A DNA stretch of 64,000 bases from Thermoplasmata archaeon (GCA_020696365.1 JAEHCM010000007.1:717-64716), one strand, 5' to 3'; shown: positions 1 through 9,590, counted from the stretch's first letter. The notes: a model not told the origin generated them from the sequence alone. A program made the numbers and translations.

Positions 1-832
1 AGCGCGACATCATCTCCTTCGCCCCCATGAGCGCCCTGCCGAGACCGACTCCTTCCCCACGCACGGTCATGATGGCGACGGTCGCCTCCCTTACGACGGA
101 GTCGTCCAGCGAGACTATCCCTGGCACGGCCAGGTCCGCTCCGTGGCATATCGCATCGACCGCGGAGTCCTTCACCTCTATCTTCGGGAGGTGGTCGAGC
201 ACGGTCTCCATCGGGCGGAGCATGCCCGCGAGTTGAGCGCTGTCCCCGCCCGCGTGTGCCTCCAACGCGTCCCTGAGGTCGTGGAGCGAGACGACGTCGT
301 CGTCCGTCATCGTACCTGCCCTCGTGCGCCTCAGATCCTGCATGTGAGCCCCTATCCCCAGCGCGTCCCCCATGTCCACGCATAGGCTCCGCACATATGT
401 GCCCGAATCGCACTCGACATCGAACAGCACGTCCCTGCCTGATGTCTCGAGTATCTTGAACGAGTGTATAGTGCGCGTCCTCGGCGCGCGCTTGACCGCT
501 GACCGCACGGGCGGGGTCTGGATGATCTCTGTGGTGAACTCCTCCACCACCTCATCTAGCCGGCCACGGTCGATGCTTCCGTGCATCTTCATGACGCCGA
601 CGTACTCCTTGGTACCGTGGTGGAGCGAGTCCATCGCTCTGACCGTCACCCCGACACCGACTGGTAGAACGCCTGTCACGCGCGGGTCGAGTGTGCCGCC
701 GTGGGCGGCCTTGGATGCGCCGAGCATCTCACGTACCCAGCTGGTCACCTGATGGGATGTGGGTCCCATGGGCTTGTCCATGACGACCACTCCATCTCTG
801 AGAAGGTCCGCGAGGGACCGCACGCATGGCAC
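1..832 (-). CDS. cbf5: Cbf5/TruB-family pseudouridine synthase with PUA domain; C-terminus lies beyond the window edge
   Basis: Absent from ORF track because there is no stop in the window. Manual minus-strand translation gives ...DGVVVMDKPMGPTSHQVTSWVREMLGASKAAHGGTLDPRVTGVLPV... and ...LDHLPKIEVKDSAVDAICHGADLAVPG (PUA). The frame has a stop at 949-947 and no ATG before 781. GTG at 832 is preceded by GGAGGA (848-843). Confidence 0.85.
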   Translation of the reverse strand, partial: MPCVRSLADLLRDGVVVMDKPMGPTSHQVTSWVREMLGASKAAHGGTLDPRVTGVLPVGVGVTVRAMDSLHHGTKEYVGVMKMHGSIDRGRLDEVVEEFTTEIIQTPPVRSAVKRAPRTRTIHSFKILETSGRDVLFDVECDSGTYVRSLCVDMGDALGIGAHMQDLRRTRAGTMTDDDVVSLHDLRDALEAHAGGDSAQLAGMLRPMETVLDHLPKIEVKDSAVDAICHGADLAVPGIVSLDDSVVREATVAIMTVRGEGVGLGRALMGAKEMMSR

Positions 833-851
833 ATGCGGCCCGTCCTCCGTC

Positions 852-1418
852 CTAACGTCCGTCTTGCGAAGCCTCGTTGGCGCACCTCCCGTTGACCTCG
901 GAGACGATGTTCTCCGCGACCTCCTCCGGCGTCCGGTTCGACGAGTCTATCCAGATGTCGTAGATCGACTTGTCAGAAGGGTCGATGCCGTAGTACGCTC
1001 GGTACCTCTTCGTCTCGGAGCGTTCTCGCACCTGCATATCCCTCAGGACGCTATCTGCCGGCTTCTCCTCCCGCTTGGCTATCCTGTCGCTCCTGACTTC
1101 TTCGGACGCGTCTATGTGCACCTTCAGGGCGGATATCTCGAACCGCTTCATGAGGGCCCCGGTAAGCCTGCCCTCTATGACTACGTCCTTGCTCTCCCTC
1201 GCGATGGCGACCATGCGGGCGTCCAGCTCGCGGTCGATCGTCTCGTCCTCCTCGGCGAACCTGCCGAACTTCTCGAGGTCCACGCCCCTCTCGGACGCCA
1301 TCTCCCTGAAAATCTGGCCCACGAGCACGAGCCTGTAACCCATGCGCTCTGAGACGATCTCGCTGACGGTCGTCTTCCCGCTCCCGGGCGGGCCCGAGAT
1401 CGCGATCCTCATGTGCAT
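852..1418 (-). CDS. cmk: cytidylate (CMP) kinase, archaeal type
   Basis: 188 aa with P-loop ISGPPGSGKTT. Overall resemblance to archaeal Cmk, and the conserved position between the DUF106 gene and cbf5. Confidence 0.85.
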   Translation of the reverse strand: MHMRIAISGPPGSGKTTVSEIVSERMGYRLVLVGQIFREMASERGVDLEKFGRFAEEDETIDRELDARMVAIARESKDVVIEGRLTGALMKRFEISALKVHIDASEEVRSDRIAKREEKPADSVLRDMQVRERSETKRYRAYYGIDPSDKSIYDIWIDSSNRTPEEVAENIVSEVNGRCANEASQDGR

Positions 1419-1424
1419 TACCTC

Positions 1425-2126
1425 TCAGATCCTCTCGACGGGATCGTCATCTATCCCTTGCTCGAGCTGGCGTAGCTTCCTGGTGAAGCTGAAGAGCTTC
1501 AGTGTCCTCTGGAGCACCTGCCCGAACGGTATGGTCACGAGCGAGTAGAGTAGTATCCAGTTGGGCAGCACGTTCGAGCCCTTCATGTCAACGTTGAACT
1601 CCCACGGGACCGAGAATATCGTCGACGTCAGGTCCTGGTAGACGAAGTTCGATATCCATGCGAAGATCGGTATGATGATGATCATGGTCATCGGCATCAG
1701 CTTCAGCTGCGCCTGGGTCGATTTCATCGACTGCGCCGTCATCTTCGGCTGGATCTCCGTGAGCTTCTTGAGTTTGAAGGTGTTGTTGGTCGTCCTGGCC
1801 TCCCTCATCTCCTTCTGGAAGGCGGACATGATCCTCTGGTTCCTCGCCATCGCGACCCAGTCGACGAAGAAGTGCCTCACGGTGACGCTGAAGATGGTCA
1901 TGATGAGGCCGGCGCAGACGAGCGTCATCACAGGGTACCTCCCACTGAAGCCTATGATAGGCATGAACGCGATACCGACGATGTTCCCGAGCGACTGCCT
2001 CAGGTTGTTGTCGAAGAGCACAAGCAGGGCGACCATGAAAGCCATCAGCATGACTATCTGGCTGCCGAACGCCGGTCTCGGGGGCGCGCCCCCTCCCTTG
2101 CCTGCTCCTCCTGCCGGGGCCTTCAT
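1425..2126 (-). CDS. DUF106/COG1422 membrane protein (MJ0480-type YidC/EMC3-like insertase homologue)
   Basis: 233 aa with hydrophobic helices flanking a K/Q-rich amphipathic segment (NQRIMSAFQKEMREARTTNNTFKLKKLTEIQPKM). Sits in the classical position just after secY. Confidence 0.7.
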   Translation of the reverse strand: MKAPAGGAGKGGGAPPRPAFGSQIVMLMAFMVALLVLFDNNLRQSLGNIVGIAFMPIIGFSGRYPVMTLVCAGLIMTIFSVTVRHFFVDWVAMARNQRIMSAFQKEMREARTTNNTFKLKKLTEIQPKMTAQSMKSTQAQLKLMPMTMIIIIPIFAWISNFVYQDLTSTIFSVPWEFNVDMKGSNVLPNWILLYSLVTIPFGQVLQRTLKLFSFTRKLRQLEQGIDDDPVERI

Positions 2127-2130
2127 CTGA

Positions 2131-3717
2131 TCACTCGCCTCCGAAGAACCCTCTCAGCACTGGATGCATCTCCATCATCTGCTCGCGCCCGATAGCGTCG
2201 TACAACTGTATCATGATGCCTACGGCTAGCAGCACGCCCGTGCCGGTGGCGTTACCCACCGTGCCTATCAGGTCCGCTCCCGCGGCCAGCGCGCCGACCA
2301 CCGCTCCGGATATGACCGTCACGACGGGGATGTATCTCTCCAGCACCCTCTTCAGCACGCGCGGGTCGCGTCTGAACCCTGGTATCTGCATACCGCTGGA
2401 CTCGATCTGTGATGCCACCGACTCCGCACCCATGTTGGTGGTCTCTATCCAGAACTTGGCGAACGCGATCGACCCGATGATCATGACGCCGACGTAGACG
2501 AGGACGTGGATGCCGATCTGAAGCCTCGTTTTCACATCGCCTATGCCGCTCAGGTACGAGTTGAGATAGTCGTCACTGAGCAGCGGTAACAGCCAATCAC
2601 CCACGCCGTTGACCGTCGATAAATAATAGGCGAGACCTCCGGCTGGGACGGTGTTTCCGTCTACGTAATAGCCCAGCATCCAGTTGTCACCCAGCAGGGG
2701 AATGTTAGAGAACGACGGGTGGCTGGCGAAGAGCATCGAGAACATGCTCACATTGGCCAACAGGGCCGCCATCAGTATGACCGGTATGTTCGACGCGTAG
2801 ATCAGCTTGATCGGATATCTGCCCCTCGCACCCCTCGCGCTTCCATGCGCAAGAGGCAGCTCGATCCTGCTCGACTCCGTGTACGCGACTATCAGGAATA
2901 TCGCGATGGTTCCGATGAGCGCGACCATGGGGTTGGGCTGCGCTAAGAATACTTGTTCGTAGCCTCCGTTGACCAACTCCGGGGACGACATGTGGTGGAA
3001 TATGTAGATGGTCTTCGGGATCGTACCCGCTGGCGGGTTGTTCAGCCCCATCTCGATGGCCGAGTTGGCCGGATGCCAGTTGAGCGATCCGGTGAATATC
3101 TGCTGCGACACACCAGCAGCGATGAACAGCGAGATGCCGCTCCCTATGCCCCATTTCGACACGACCTCGTCCATGAGGAACACGAGGTACGAGCCCACTA
3201 TCAGCTGCAACACGATGAACGTGCGCGCCAGGCTCAGCCCTCTGCCCGCCAGGATCGATTCCGACATGTCGATGAACTTGCCGGATGGCTCCATGAATCC
3301 GTACACCTGGGGCGCGGACTCGACGACGATCATCACGATCACGAGGAGTTTCTGGGTGCCCTGGTAGATCGCCTTGTCATCCGGGTTCTTGAGGTCGAGC
3401 TTGATTATCTTCGCACCCGTGAAGAGCTGCATGATGATGGATCCGGTGACGATCGGGCCGATACCGAGATGCATCAGCGAGAACTGCGCGCCCGCGAGGA
3501 TCGCCCTGTACTGCGCGAACAGGTCTATCCCCTGCTCCGCGTCCAGCCCGTAGATGACGACGTTCGTCATCGCGAAGTACAGTACGAGTATCAGTACGAT
3601 CCAGGCCATCTTCGTCCTGAAGTGCACATGCCCCTCGGGTTTGGTGACTGCTGGCAGGCGATCCGAGATTGGCTTGAGCTTGTACAGCAGGCTCTTCTTC
3701 TTCTCACCCTCAGCCAT
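2131..3717 (-). CDS. secY: preprotein translocase subunit SecY
   Basis: 528 aa polytopic protein with SecY-like sequence throughout. Follows uL15 as in all archaeal spc-like clusters. Confidence 0.95.
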   Translation of the reverse strand: MAEGEKKKSLLYKLKPISDRLPAVTKPEGHVHFRTKMAWIVLILVLYFAMTNVVIYGLDAEQGIDLFAQYRAILAGAQFSLMHLGIGPIVTGSIIMQLFTGAKIIKLDLKNPDDKAIYQGTQKLLVIVMIVVESAPQVYGFMEPSGKFIDMSESILAGRGLSLARTFIVLQLIVGSYLVFLMDEVVSKWGIGSGISLFIAAGVSQQIFTGSLNWHPANSAIEMGLNNPPAGTIPKTIYIFHHMSSPELVNGGYEQVFLAQPNPMVALIGTIAIFLIVAYTESSRIELPLAHGSARGARGRYPIKLIYASNIPVILMAALLANVSMFSMLFASHPSFSNIPLLGDNWMLGYYVDGNTVPAGGLAYYLSTVNGVGDWLLPLLSDDYLNSYLSGIGDVKTRLQIGIHVLVYVGVMIIGSIAFAKFWIETTNMGAESVASQIESSGMQIPGFRRDPRVLKRVLERYIPVVTVISGAVVGALAAGADLIGTVGNATGTGVLLAVGIMIQLYDAIGREQMMEMHPVLRGFFGGE

Positions 3718-3798
3718 CAGACACCCTTCCTTCAGCCCCCGACCGTGTCCCTGTTCCTATGCGCACTCTCTCTGAAGCGGACGCGTGGAATGCTCCCT

Positions 3799-4224
3799 TC
3801 ACTCCTCTAGCAGCTTTCCACCGGCGCCCTCGAGCTTATCCTTCGCCTTCGTCGAAACCTCGGATACGCGTACTGAAACGGGTGTGACGATCCTTCCGGA
3901 GCCGAGCAGCTTGTCCACCCCCAGCCTCGTGAGGTCCACGGTCCATCTGCCGTCCTTCTCCACGGCGAACCCGTCCCTTGCCAGCTCCGGCAGGGACAGC
4001 TCCAGGTCGGAGAGGTTCATGGTGATCTTGTGTGCGACGACCGATTGCGGTCTCTTGAAGCCGCGTCGGCCAAAATGTTCCGGGAAGTACTTAACCGTGC
4101 TTATCCACTTGTGCTTGTGCAGGCCAGCGTTCCCCCTGCCGCCTCTGAGCCCGGCCCCTCTGCCGGCCTTTCTGCCGCGGCCATGGGTCCTGCCGCCCCT
4201 GTACTTGCTAGTCTTGCTGACCAT
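3799..4224 (-). CDS. rpl15: 50S ribosomal protein uL15
   Basis: 141 aa, Gly/Arg-rich N-terminus GGRTHGRGRKAGRGAGLRGGRGNAG; cluster position. Confidence 0.95.
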   Translation of the reverse strand: MVSKTSKYRGGRTHGRGRKAGRGAGLRGGRGNAGLHKHKWISTVKYFPEHFGRRGFKRPQSVVAHKITMNLSDLELSLPELARDGFAVEKDGRWTVDLTRLGVDKLLGSGRIVTPVSVRVSEVSTKAKDKLEGAGGKLLEE

Positions 4225-4225
4225 C

Positions 4226-4714
4226 CTAATCGGCCTCCTTGGGTCCCTCGAGCATCTTCTCGATGAGCTTGGCGATCTCGACGCCTCTGTTGCCGACAGC
4301 CCCTCCGACGGAGTACGGCCGCTTGACCTTCTCGTAACCGCGCCTCGGGGGCGGTAGCCTGATGACAGGCTTCAGCCCCTCGACGTCGGTCATCTTCGCC
4401 TCGGCCTTCTCCAGCGCCTTAGCGAGCGACAGTATCGATGAGAACTCCGAGTTGTTCTTCACATGGTCGTCGGTCAGCCTTCCGCCTCCGGAGACCTCGC
4501 CCTTCTTGATAAGCAGCCTGGCGATGGTTTCGTGGCTGACCTCGCCCCATGTGACGTAATCCTTCGCGACTTGGAGCATGCCCTTTGTCGTCGTGTTCAT
4601 CGGGAGCAGGACACAGTGGTTCGGCCTGTGGAGCCTCATCATCTCCATGGTCTGGACGGCGTCGTGCCTTATCTTCGCGTGCCCTCTGACCCTTATCACT
4701 GCCACGGCGGACAT
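4226..4714 (-). CDS. rpl30: 50S ribosomal protein uL30
   Basis: 162 aa, starts MSAVAVIRVRG...; located between uS5 and uL15. Confidence 0.95.
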   Translation of the reverse strand: MSAVAVIRVRGHAKIRHDAVQTMEMMRLHRPNHCVLLPMNTTTKGMLQVAKDYVTWGEVSHETIARLLIKKGEVSGGGRLTDDHVKNNSEFSSILSLAKALEKAEAKMTDVEGLKPVIRLPPPRRGYEKVKRPYSVGGAVGNRGVEIAKLIEKMLEGPKEAD

Positions 4715-4715
4715 C

Positions 4716-5498
4716 CTAGGCCTCCTCCTTCTTCACCGTCGCATCGGCAGCCGGAGCGGCCTCCTTCGGTGCCTCCACCTTCATCGCCTCTTCCGCCTTG
4801 GCCTCCTTCTCGGTCTCGACGGACTCCTCGACGACTATGGATGGCGCTGTGTGCATCTTGACCGGCCCGCTCACTATCTTGAGCCGCTCCCTCTGCTCGT
4901 CGGTGACTCTCATCTGCGAGGTCGCCCTGAGCGCCTCGAAAGCGGCGATGGAGTAGTTGACCGTGGTCTTCGTGTGTCCCTTCGTGAATCCCCAGGCGTC
5001 CTCGACCCCGGCCATCTTGAGAACGCTCTTCGCGATGTCTCCGATGGCGAGTCCAGTGCCCCTGGGGGCCGGCTTCAGCCGGACGACGACCGAGCCCGTG
5101 TGCCCCTCTATCTCGAACGGTAGCGAGTGAGGCGTGAGACAGCCGCACTCCCACGAGCCGCAGCCGCGCTTGACCTCGATTATGTCCAGCTTCGCGACGT
5201 CTATCGCCGTCCGTATCGCGGGTCCGACCTCCCTGCCCTTGGTCCTTCCGAGCCCGACGAAACCATCCTGGTTGCCCACGACGACGGTGATGGCGAACCT
5301 CACCTTCCTGCCTGAGTCCGTCATCCGCTGCACCATGTTGACGTCGAGCACTTCATCCTCCAGATCGGGGAGAAGTATGTCCACTATCTCGGGCTCCCTG
5401 AGCGGCAGCCCCGTCCTGAGCGCATCGCCCATCGTGGTGATCTTGCCATCGACGACCATCTTGCCCAGCCTCGTCTTCGGCATCCAGTCAACCATCAC
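4716..5498 (-). CDS. rps5: 30S ribosomal protein uS5 with K/E/A-rich C-terminal tail
   Basis: 260 aa. uS5 core (...[26 protein letters not shown]...) plus a ~45-aa tail [31 protein letters not shown]. Confidence 0.95.
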   Translation of the reverse strand: MMVDWMPKTRLGKMVVDGKITTMGDALRTGLPLREPEIVDILLPDLEDEVLDVNMVQRMTDSGRKVRFAITVVVGNQDGFVGLGRTKGREVGPAIRTAIDVAKLDIIEVKRGCGSWECGCLTPHSLPFEIEGHTGSVVVRLKPAPRGTGLAIGDIAKSVLKMAGVEDAWGFTKGHTKTTVNYSIAAFEALRATSQMRVTDEQRERLKIVSGPVKMHTAPSIVVEESVETEKEAKAEEAMKVEAPKEAAPAADATVKKEEA

Positions 5499-5998
5499 TC
5501 AGCACCTCCTATCTTGCCTCTCACATCGACGAACATCCCCTCGGTGCCGTCCTTCATGTGCTTTCCCTTGATCCGGTCCTCGGGCGGGAGCATACCGTCG
5601 TCGTGCGGCATCTTCACACCGGCGTCGATGACTCCCTTCAGGGCGGCGAACAGCGTGCACCCCCTGACGGGCTTCCGGAGGCCCAAGTCCAACACGGCCT
5701 CCCCTACGCCCTTCCCGAGCGCCCTCTTACCTGCCAGGTAGCCGGTGAGGTACGCCCCCGGCGCGCATCTGCCTGAGCGGGTCCAGCCGAGCTTCTCCAG
5801 CTCCGTCGACACCGCCGAGGCGACTATCCGGTCGCCCACGCTGTCGTATGTGACGAACTGCACCGTCATGTGCTTGTTGGACCTGCGCACGACCGCTCTG
5901 TGCTTCTCGCTCTTGACGAGCGCGATCCTGCGTCTGTAATCCGTACGTCCTTCCCTTCTCCTCCTGAAAGGCACTTTGTATCTGGGTCCAGTGGCCAT
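5495..5998 (-). CDS. rpl18: 50S ribosomal protein uL18
   Basis: ATG at 5998 ([21 protein letters not shown]...) abuts the eL19 stop at 6001. The ORF-track extension to 6175 overlaps eL19 and is Arg-rich junk. Confidence 0.9.
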   Translation of the reverse strand: MATGPRYKVPFRRRREGRTDYRRRIALVKSEKHRAVVRRSNKHMTVQFVTYDSVGDRIVASAVSTELEKLGWTRSGRCAPGAYLTGYLAGKRALGKGVGEAVLDLGLRKPVRGCTLFAALKGVIDAGVKMPHDDGMLPPEDRIKGKHMKDGTEGMFVDVRGKIGGAE

Positions 5999-6000
5999 GA

Positions 6001-6459
6001 TTATTGCTCCTTCAGCACGCCCTCTGTCTTGAGGTGCGATTCGAGGTGAGGCTTGCTCTTGAACATGCCTCCCTTCGCCCTCAGATAGTACTTGCGATAT
6101 GTCCGGGTGTCTATCACACCGCCGTCCCTGAGCTCTTTCAGCCTGCGACGGATAGGCCTGATCGTCTGCATCCACATCTCCTTCGACGGCTTCCGGGCGT
6201 GCTTCTTACCCCTCCTGGAGCCATGGCCGGTCCTCCGGCCCTTGCGCTTCTGCTCCTTGAGGTGGTTCGCACGCGCCCTGGACACGCCCTTCTTCTGCTT
6301 CGCGGCGATCGTGCCCGAGTTGATCAGCGTCCTCACATCCGAGCGGGTGATCGCATCGGCGATGTCCTCCGTCTTGTTCGGGTCGATCCAGACACGGGAC
6401 CTCCCGCACTTGAGCAGCTCCGCCGCGACCCTCTTCTGGTTCTTGAGATCCATCGTCAT
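6001..6459 (-). CDS. rpl19e: 50S ribosomal protein eL19
   Basis: 152 aa, MDLKNQKRVAAELLKCGRSRVWIDP... typical eL19. Confidence 0.95.
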   Translation of the reverse strand: MTMDLKNQKRVAAELLKCGRSRVWIDPNKTEDIADAITRSDVRTLINSGTIAAKQKKGVSRARANHLKEQKRKGRRTGHGSRRGKKHARKPSKEMWMQTIRPIRRRLKELRDGGVIDTRTYRKYYLRAKGGMFKSKPHLESHLKTEGVLKEQ

Positions 6460-7262
6460 CCGCTCCTGTTAAGTATCCTGATCTTGAGCTCGTCGGCTCT
6501 GTCCTCTATCTGTGTCCGCTTGCGCATGCCGACCGTGTGGGCGACCCTGGCAGCCTGGACCTTCGGGTCGATCCCCTCGAGGTCCTTGACGTTGTGCACG
6601 ATGATCTCCCGGAATCCGGACGGGTGCAGGTACCTCGCCTGCTTCGGACCTCCGTAGCCTATCGATACGACGTTCGTCCTGTAGCTGTAGTTACGCCTCA
6701 TCTTGGAGTGCATGCCCCTCGGCCTGCGCCAGCCGGTCCTCTGCAGCTTCTGCCGTTTGTGGTACTCCTGCCGCAGGAAGGTAGGCCTCCGGGAGGCGAC
6801 GAGTTTGCGCTTCTCGAGGGCGTCCAGGACCTCCTTGGAGAGCGTGGGCTTCTGTTTGACGCGGTAGCCTTCTTCGTCCTCCTCTTCGACCTCGACATCC
6901 TCTTCTTCCTCTTCATCGATCTCGACGTCCGCGTCCTCTCCATCGGATACCTCGACATCCTCCTCGTCCTCAGAGGCGACGGGTTCCTTGGCCTTGATGG
7001 TGTGGACCGTCTTGACGGCCGGCTCCTTCTCGGGCTGCTCGGCATCCGACTCCCCGTCGCTGAGGTCCTCCCTCCAGTGCTGGATCGTCTTCGGGCCCAC
7101 GCCCTTGAGCTGCTCGTGAATCTCATCCGTGCGACCCTCGTCGGCCAGCGCTTCGGCGAGGTCCTCGTTGGACTCTATCCCGAGCGCCTTCAGCTTCGCT
7201 ATGTACTCCTCCTTGAACATGTGGAGGTTCATGAACTCGTGATCTTCCTTGTCTCCTGCCAT
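6456..7262 (-). CDS. rpl32e: 50S ribosomal protein eL32 with N-terminal HhH-like domain and poly-acidic linker
   Basis: 268 aa. C-terminal ~130 aa is the eL32 core (RRPTFLRQEYHKRQKLQRTGWRRPRGMHSKMR...). N-terminus contains LKGVGPKTIQHW (HhH-like) followed by a D/E run. Confidence 0.9.
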   Translation of the reverse strand: MAGDKEDHEFMNLHMFKEEYIAKLKALGIESNEDLAEALADEGRTDEIHEQLKGVGPKTIQHWREDLSDGESDAEQPEKEPAVKTVHTIKAKEPVASEDEEDVEVSDGEDADVEIDEEEEEDVEVEEEDEEGYRVKQKPTLSKEVLDALEKRKLVASRRPTFLRQEYHKRQKLQRTGWRRPRGMHSKMRRNYSYRTNVVSIGYGGPKQARYLHPSGFREIIVHNVKDLEGIDPKVQAARVAHTVGMRKRTQIEDRADELKIRILNRSG

Positions 7263-7266
7263 GTCC

Positions 7267-7821
7267 TCACCTCTTGGCCTTCTTCGTGATGTATATCCCG
7301 TCCTGGAATATACGGGGGTCGAGGCGCTTGATCTTGGTGGCGCGCTCTATGTTCGCCGCCGTCTGCCCGACCTCCTCGATCTCCAAGCCGGAGACGACGA
7401 CCTGGTCGCCCTTTATGGCGACCTTCGTCTTTCCCACTATGTCCGCTCTGCGGGGATGTTTCTCCCCTAGGAAGTTCTCTATCACGAAGGTGTCACCCTT
7501 CACCGACGCCTTGATCGGGAAGTGCGCGTAGACGATCTTCATGTTGCATTCGAAGCCCTCTGTGACTCCGTGCACCATGTTCCGTATGTGCGCCCCAAAG
7601 GTGCCCATCAGCGCCCTGTGCTTCGCCCTTCCGGTGTTGATGACGACGAACACCGAGTTGTCCTGCTTCACTACTTCTACGTTAACGTCGAGGAGCTTCC
7701 GGCTGACCTCTCCCAGTGGCCCCTTGACTGTCACGTGGCCGCCGTCGATGGCGACCTGGACCTTCTCGGGCACCTCTATCTCGTCCGTGTGCAAGCCTAA
7801 TACTTCGCTCATCCGTCTCAC
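7267..7821 (-). CDS. rpl6: 50S ribosomal protein uL6
   Basis: 184 aa; sequence and cluster position. Confidence 0.95.
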   Translation of the reverse strand: MRRMSEVLGLHTDEIEVPEKVQVAIDGGHVTVKGPLGEVSRKLLDVNVEVVKQDNSVFVVINTGRAKHRALMGTFGAHIRNMVHGVTEGFECNMKIVYAHFPIKASVKGDTFVIENFLGEKHPRRADIVGKTKVAIKGDQVVVSGLEIEEVGQTAANIERATKIKRLDPRIFQDGIYITKKAKR

Positions 7822-7822
7822 C

Positions 7823-8212
7823 TCAGTACACGAACGCCAGGAGCTTGCCCCCGACGCCTCCCTGCTTGGCCTGCGTGTGCGTCAGCACACCCTTCGTCGT
7901 CGTCAGTATGAGTAGCCCGAAGTCCTGAGCAGGTAAGTACCTGGCCTCGAACTTCTCAAGGTCTCCCATGCCGACGGGGTACCGCGGCCTGATGACCCCG
8001 CAGTCGTTTATGTGGCCTACGAGGTCCACCTTGAACATGCCGCTCCTGCCGTCGTCTACGAACTCGAACTGGTCGATGTACCCGGCCTCCTGCATAACCT
8101 TCAGCACGCGCCCTATGAGCTTCGACGAAGGCCTGATGACGCATTCGCCCTTGCCTACGCGTTCCGCATTCCTGATGACGCCCATCGCATCGTTGAGTGG
8201 ATCCTGCTGCAT
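7823..8212 (-). CDS. rps8: 30S ribosomal protein uS8
   Basis: 129 aa, [21 protein letters not shown]... typical uS8. Confidence 0.95.
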   Translation of the reverse strand: MQQDPLNDAMGVIRNAERVGKGECVIRPSSKLIGRVLKVMQEAGYIDQFEFVDDGRSGMFKVDLVGHINDCGVIRPRYPVGMGDLEKFEARYLPAQDFGLLILTTTKGVLTHTQAKQGGVGGKLLAFVY

Positions 8213-8223
8213 CCGACATCACC

Positions 8224-8370
8224 TCAAGAGTACTTCCTGAACCCGATCTCTGGGGCTATCTCTCTGAAACACTGTCTGCAAAGATGCATCCCGTAGCGCC
8301 TTACGATGCCGCGCTTCCTTCCGCATCTGGTGCAGCCAACCTTTCTGCCGAACAACTTCTTCGGCTTCAA
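8224..8370 (-). CDS. rps14: 30S ribosomal protein uS14 (zinc-ribbon type), TTG start
   Basis: 48 aa: (TTG)[50 protein letters not shown] at 8370 overlaps the uL5 stop (GATTGA) and follows GGAGGTGG. The ORF-track 138-aa version overlaps uL5 and is an artefact. Confidence 0.85.
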   Translation of the reverse strand: MKPKKLFGRKVGCTRCGRKRGIVRRYGMHLCRQCFREIAPEIGFRKYS

Positions 8371-8879
8371 TCGACCACCTCCGCGTCGAACTTCGACTTG
8401 ACGAACTCCACGCCTTCGCGGCGGGTGATCCTGTGGTGGGCCGGAACGCCCCTCCTCAGAACCTTGCGTCTGGAGACCCTCTTTCCCGGGCGGGCCAGTG
8501 ACACGCTCACGTCCATCCCGAATATGCCTATCTCCGGGTCGTACTTCATGCCCGGGAAGTCCGTGTAGTCCGCGACTCCGAACGAGAAATTGCCCTCGGG
8601 GTCGAACGAATACTTGGCCATCCTGTTCTCCCTCGTCCACAGTGCGGTCTTGACGAACTTCTCGGCCTCCTTGCCCCGGAGGGTCACCTTGACGCCGATG
8701 TCCATGCCGCGCCTGATCGCGAAGTCCCTGTTCGTCGTCTTCGCGAGCGTGCGGACGGGCTTCCTATCCGTTATCATCTGGAGCACCTTCTCCGCCTTGA
8801 GCAACCGCTCGCCGGCGCCCCCGACGCCGATGTTCACGACCGCCTTGTCGAGCTTGATCTCCCTCATCGGGTTCGTCAT
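8367..8879 (-). CDS. rpl5: 50S ribosomal protein uL5
   Basis: 170 aa; sequence and cluster position. Confidence 0.95.
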   Translation of the reverse strand: MTNPMREIKLDKAVVNIGVGGAGERLLKAEKVLQMITDRKPVRTLAKTTNRDFAIRRGMDIGVKVTLRGKEAEKFVKTALWTRENRMAKYSFDPEGNFSFGVADYTDFPGMKYDPEIGIFGMDVSVSLARPGKRVSRRKVLRRGVPAHHRITRREGVEFVKSKFDAEVVD

Positions 8880-9586
8880 AGGGCTTTCGCCTCCACCAGC
8901 TTGATCTCAGGGGTCTTCTCGCCGACCACGAACACGTTTTCCTTGATCGTGCTGAACCCCTCCTTGAATATCACAGTGTTCGAGCCAGACCCGCGCCTGA
9001 GCCTGTACTCCTCGATCGTCTGCAGGCTGCCGGGGTGGGATCCACCGGTCAACAACGCCAGGCTGCCCTTGTTCAGCTTGAACGCCTTCATGATCCTCTG
9101 CGACGGCAGCTCGATCTTGAGCACGTCACCTGTGCTGTACTGGTCCTTCGGGAGTAATATGCACCTGCCGTCGTGGAGGTTCAGCTGCACCGTGCCTCCC
9201 TTGATGACCGTCTTGCCGTCTATCCGGGCGAGCTTCCAGCCCTTCTCCTTGTCTTCTATGGGCACGAGGCGCAGCCTGCCCTTGTAGTCGAGCAGCATGC
9301 GGTAGCTCTCCTTGGTCTTCTGGAACGTGAGCACGTCCATCAGCCCCACCGGGAACTTCTGGTCCGTGACCGTCCTACCGTCGACCGCCACCTGCCTCCC
9401 ACCGATTATGAGCATGGCCTCCCTGGTGTTGTCGCACACCTTCAGCATGTCCTTCAGCACCATCGCCAGAGGCATCGACACGTCCTTCGCATGCGGCCCT
9501 GCCCTGGGCCTCATGACCCAGTGGCTGACCTTCCTCGGGATAGCCCAGCTCCTCGGAGCCGTCATCCTCTTCATGTGTTTCTTCAT
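8876..9586 (-). CDS. rps4e: 30S ribosomal protein eS4
   Basis: 236 aa, MKKHMKRMTAPRSWAIPRK... typical eS4. Confidence 0.95.
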   Translation of the reverse strand: MKKHMKRMTAPRSWAIPRKVSHWVMRPRAGPHAKDVSMPLAMVLKDMLKVCDNTREAMLIIGGRQVAVDGRTVTDQKFPVGLMDVLTFQKTKESYRMLLDYKGRLRLVPIEDKEKGWKLARIDGKTVIKGGTVQLNLHDGRCILLPKDQYSTGDVLKIELPSQRIMKAFKLNKGSLALLTGGSHPGSLQTIEEYRLRRGSGSNTVIFKEGFSTIKENVFVVGEKTPEIKLVEAKAL

Positions 9587-9590
9587 GCTC

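Noticed and set aside
5495-6175. ORF-track N-terminal extensions (uL18 to 6175, uL23 to 14956, uL22 to 13262, pyrG to 46353, hydG to 50319, pmbA to 35390, PhzF to 39003, rrp41 to 23466, rrp42 to 22654, tyrS to 18514)
   Set aside because: The extensions overlap the upstream gene, are compositionally aberrant, and end at an internal start that matches the conserved N-terminus and has an SD or a stop-start overlap.
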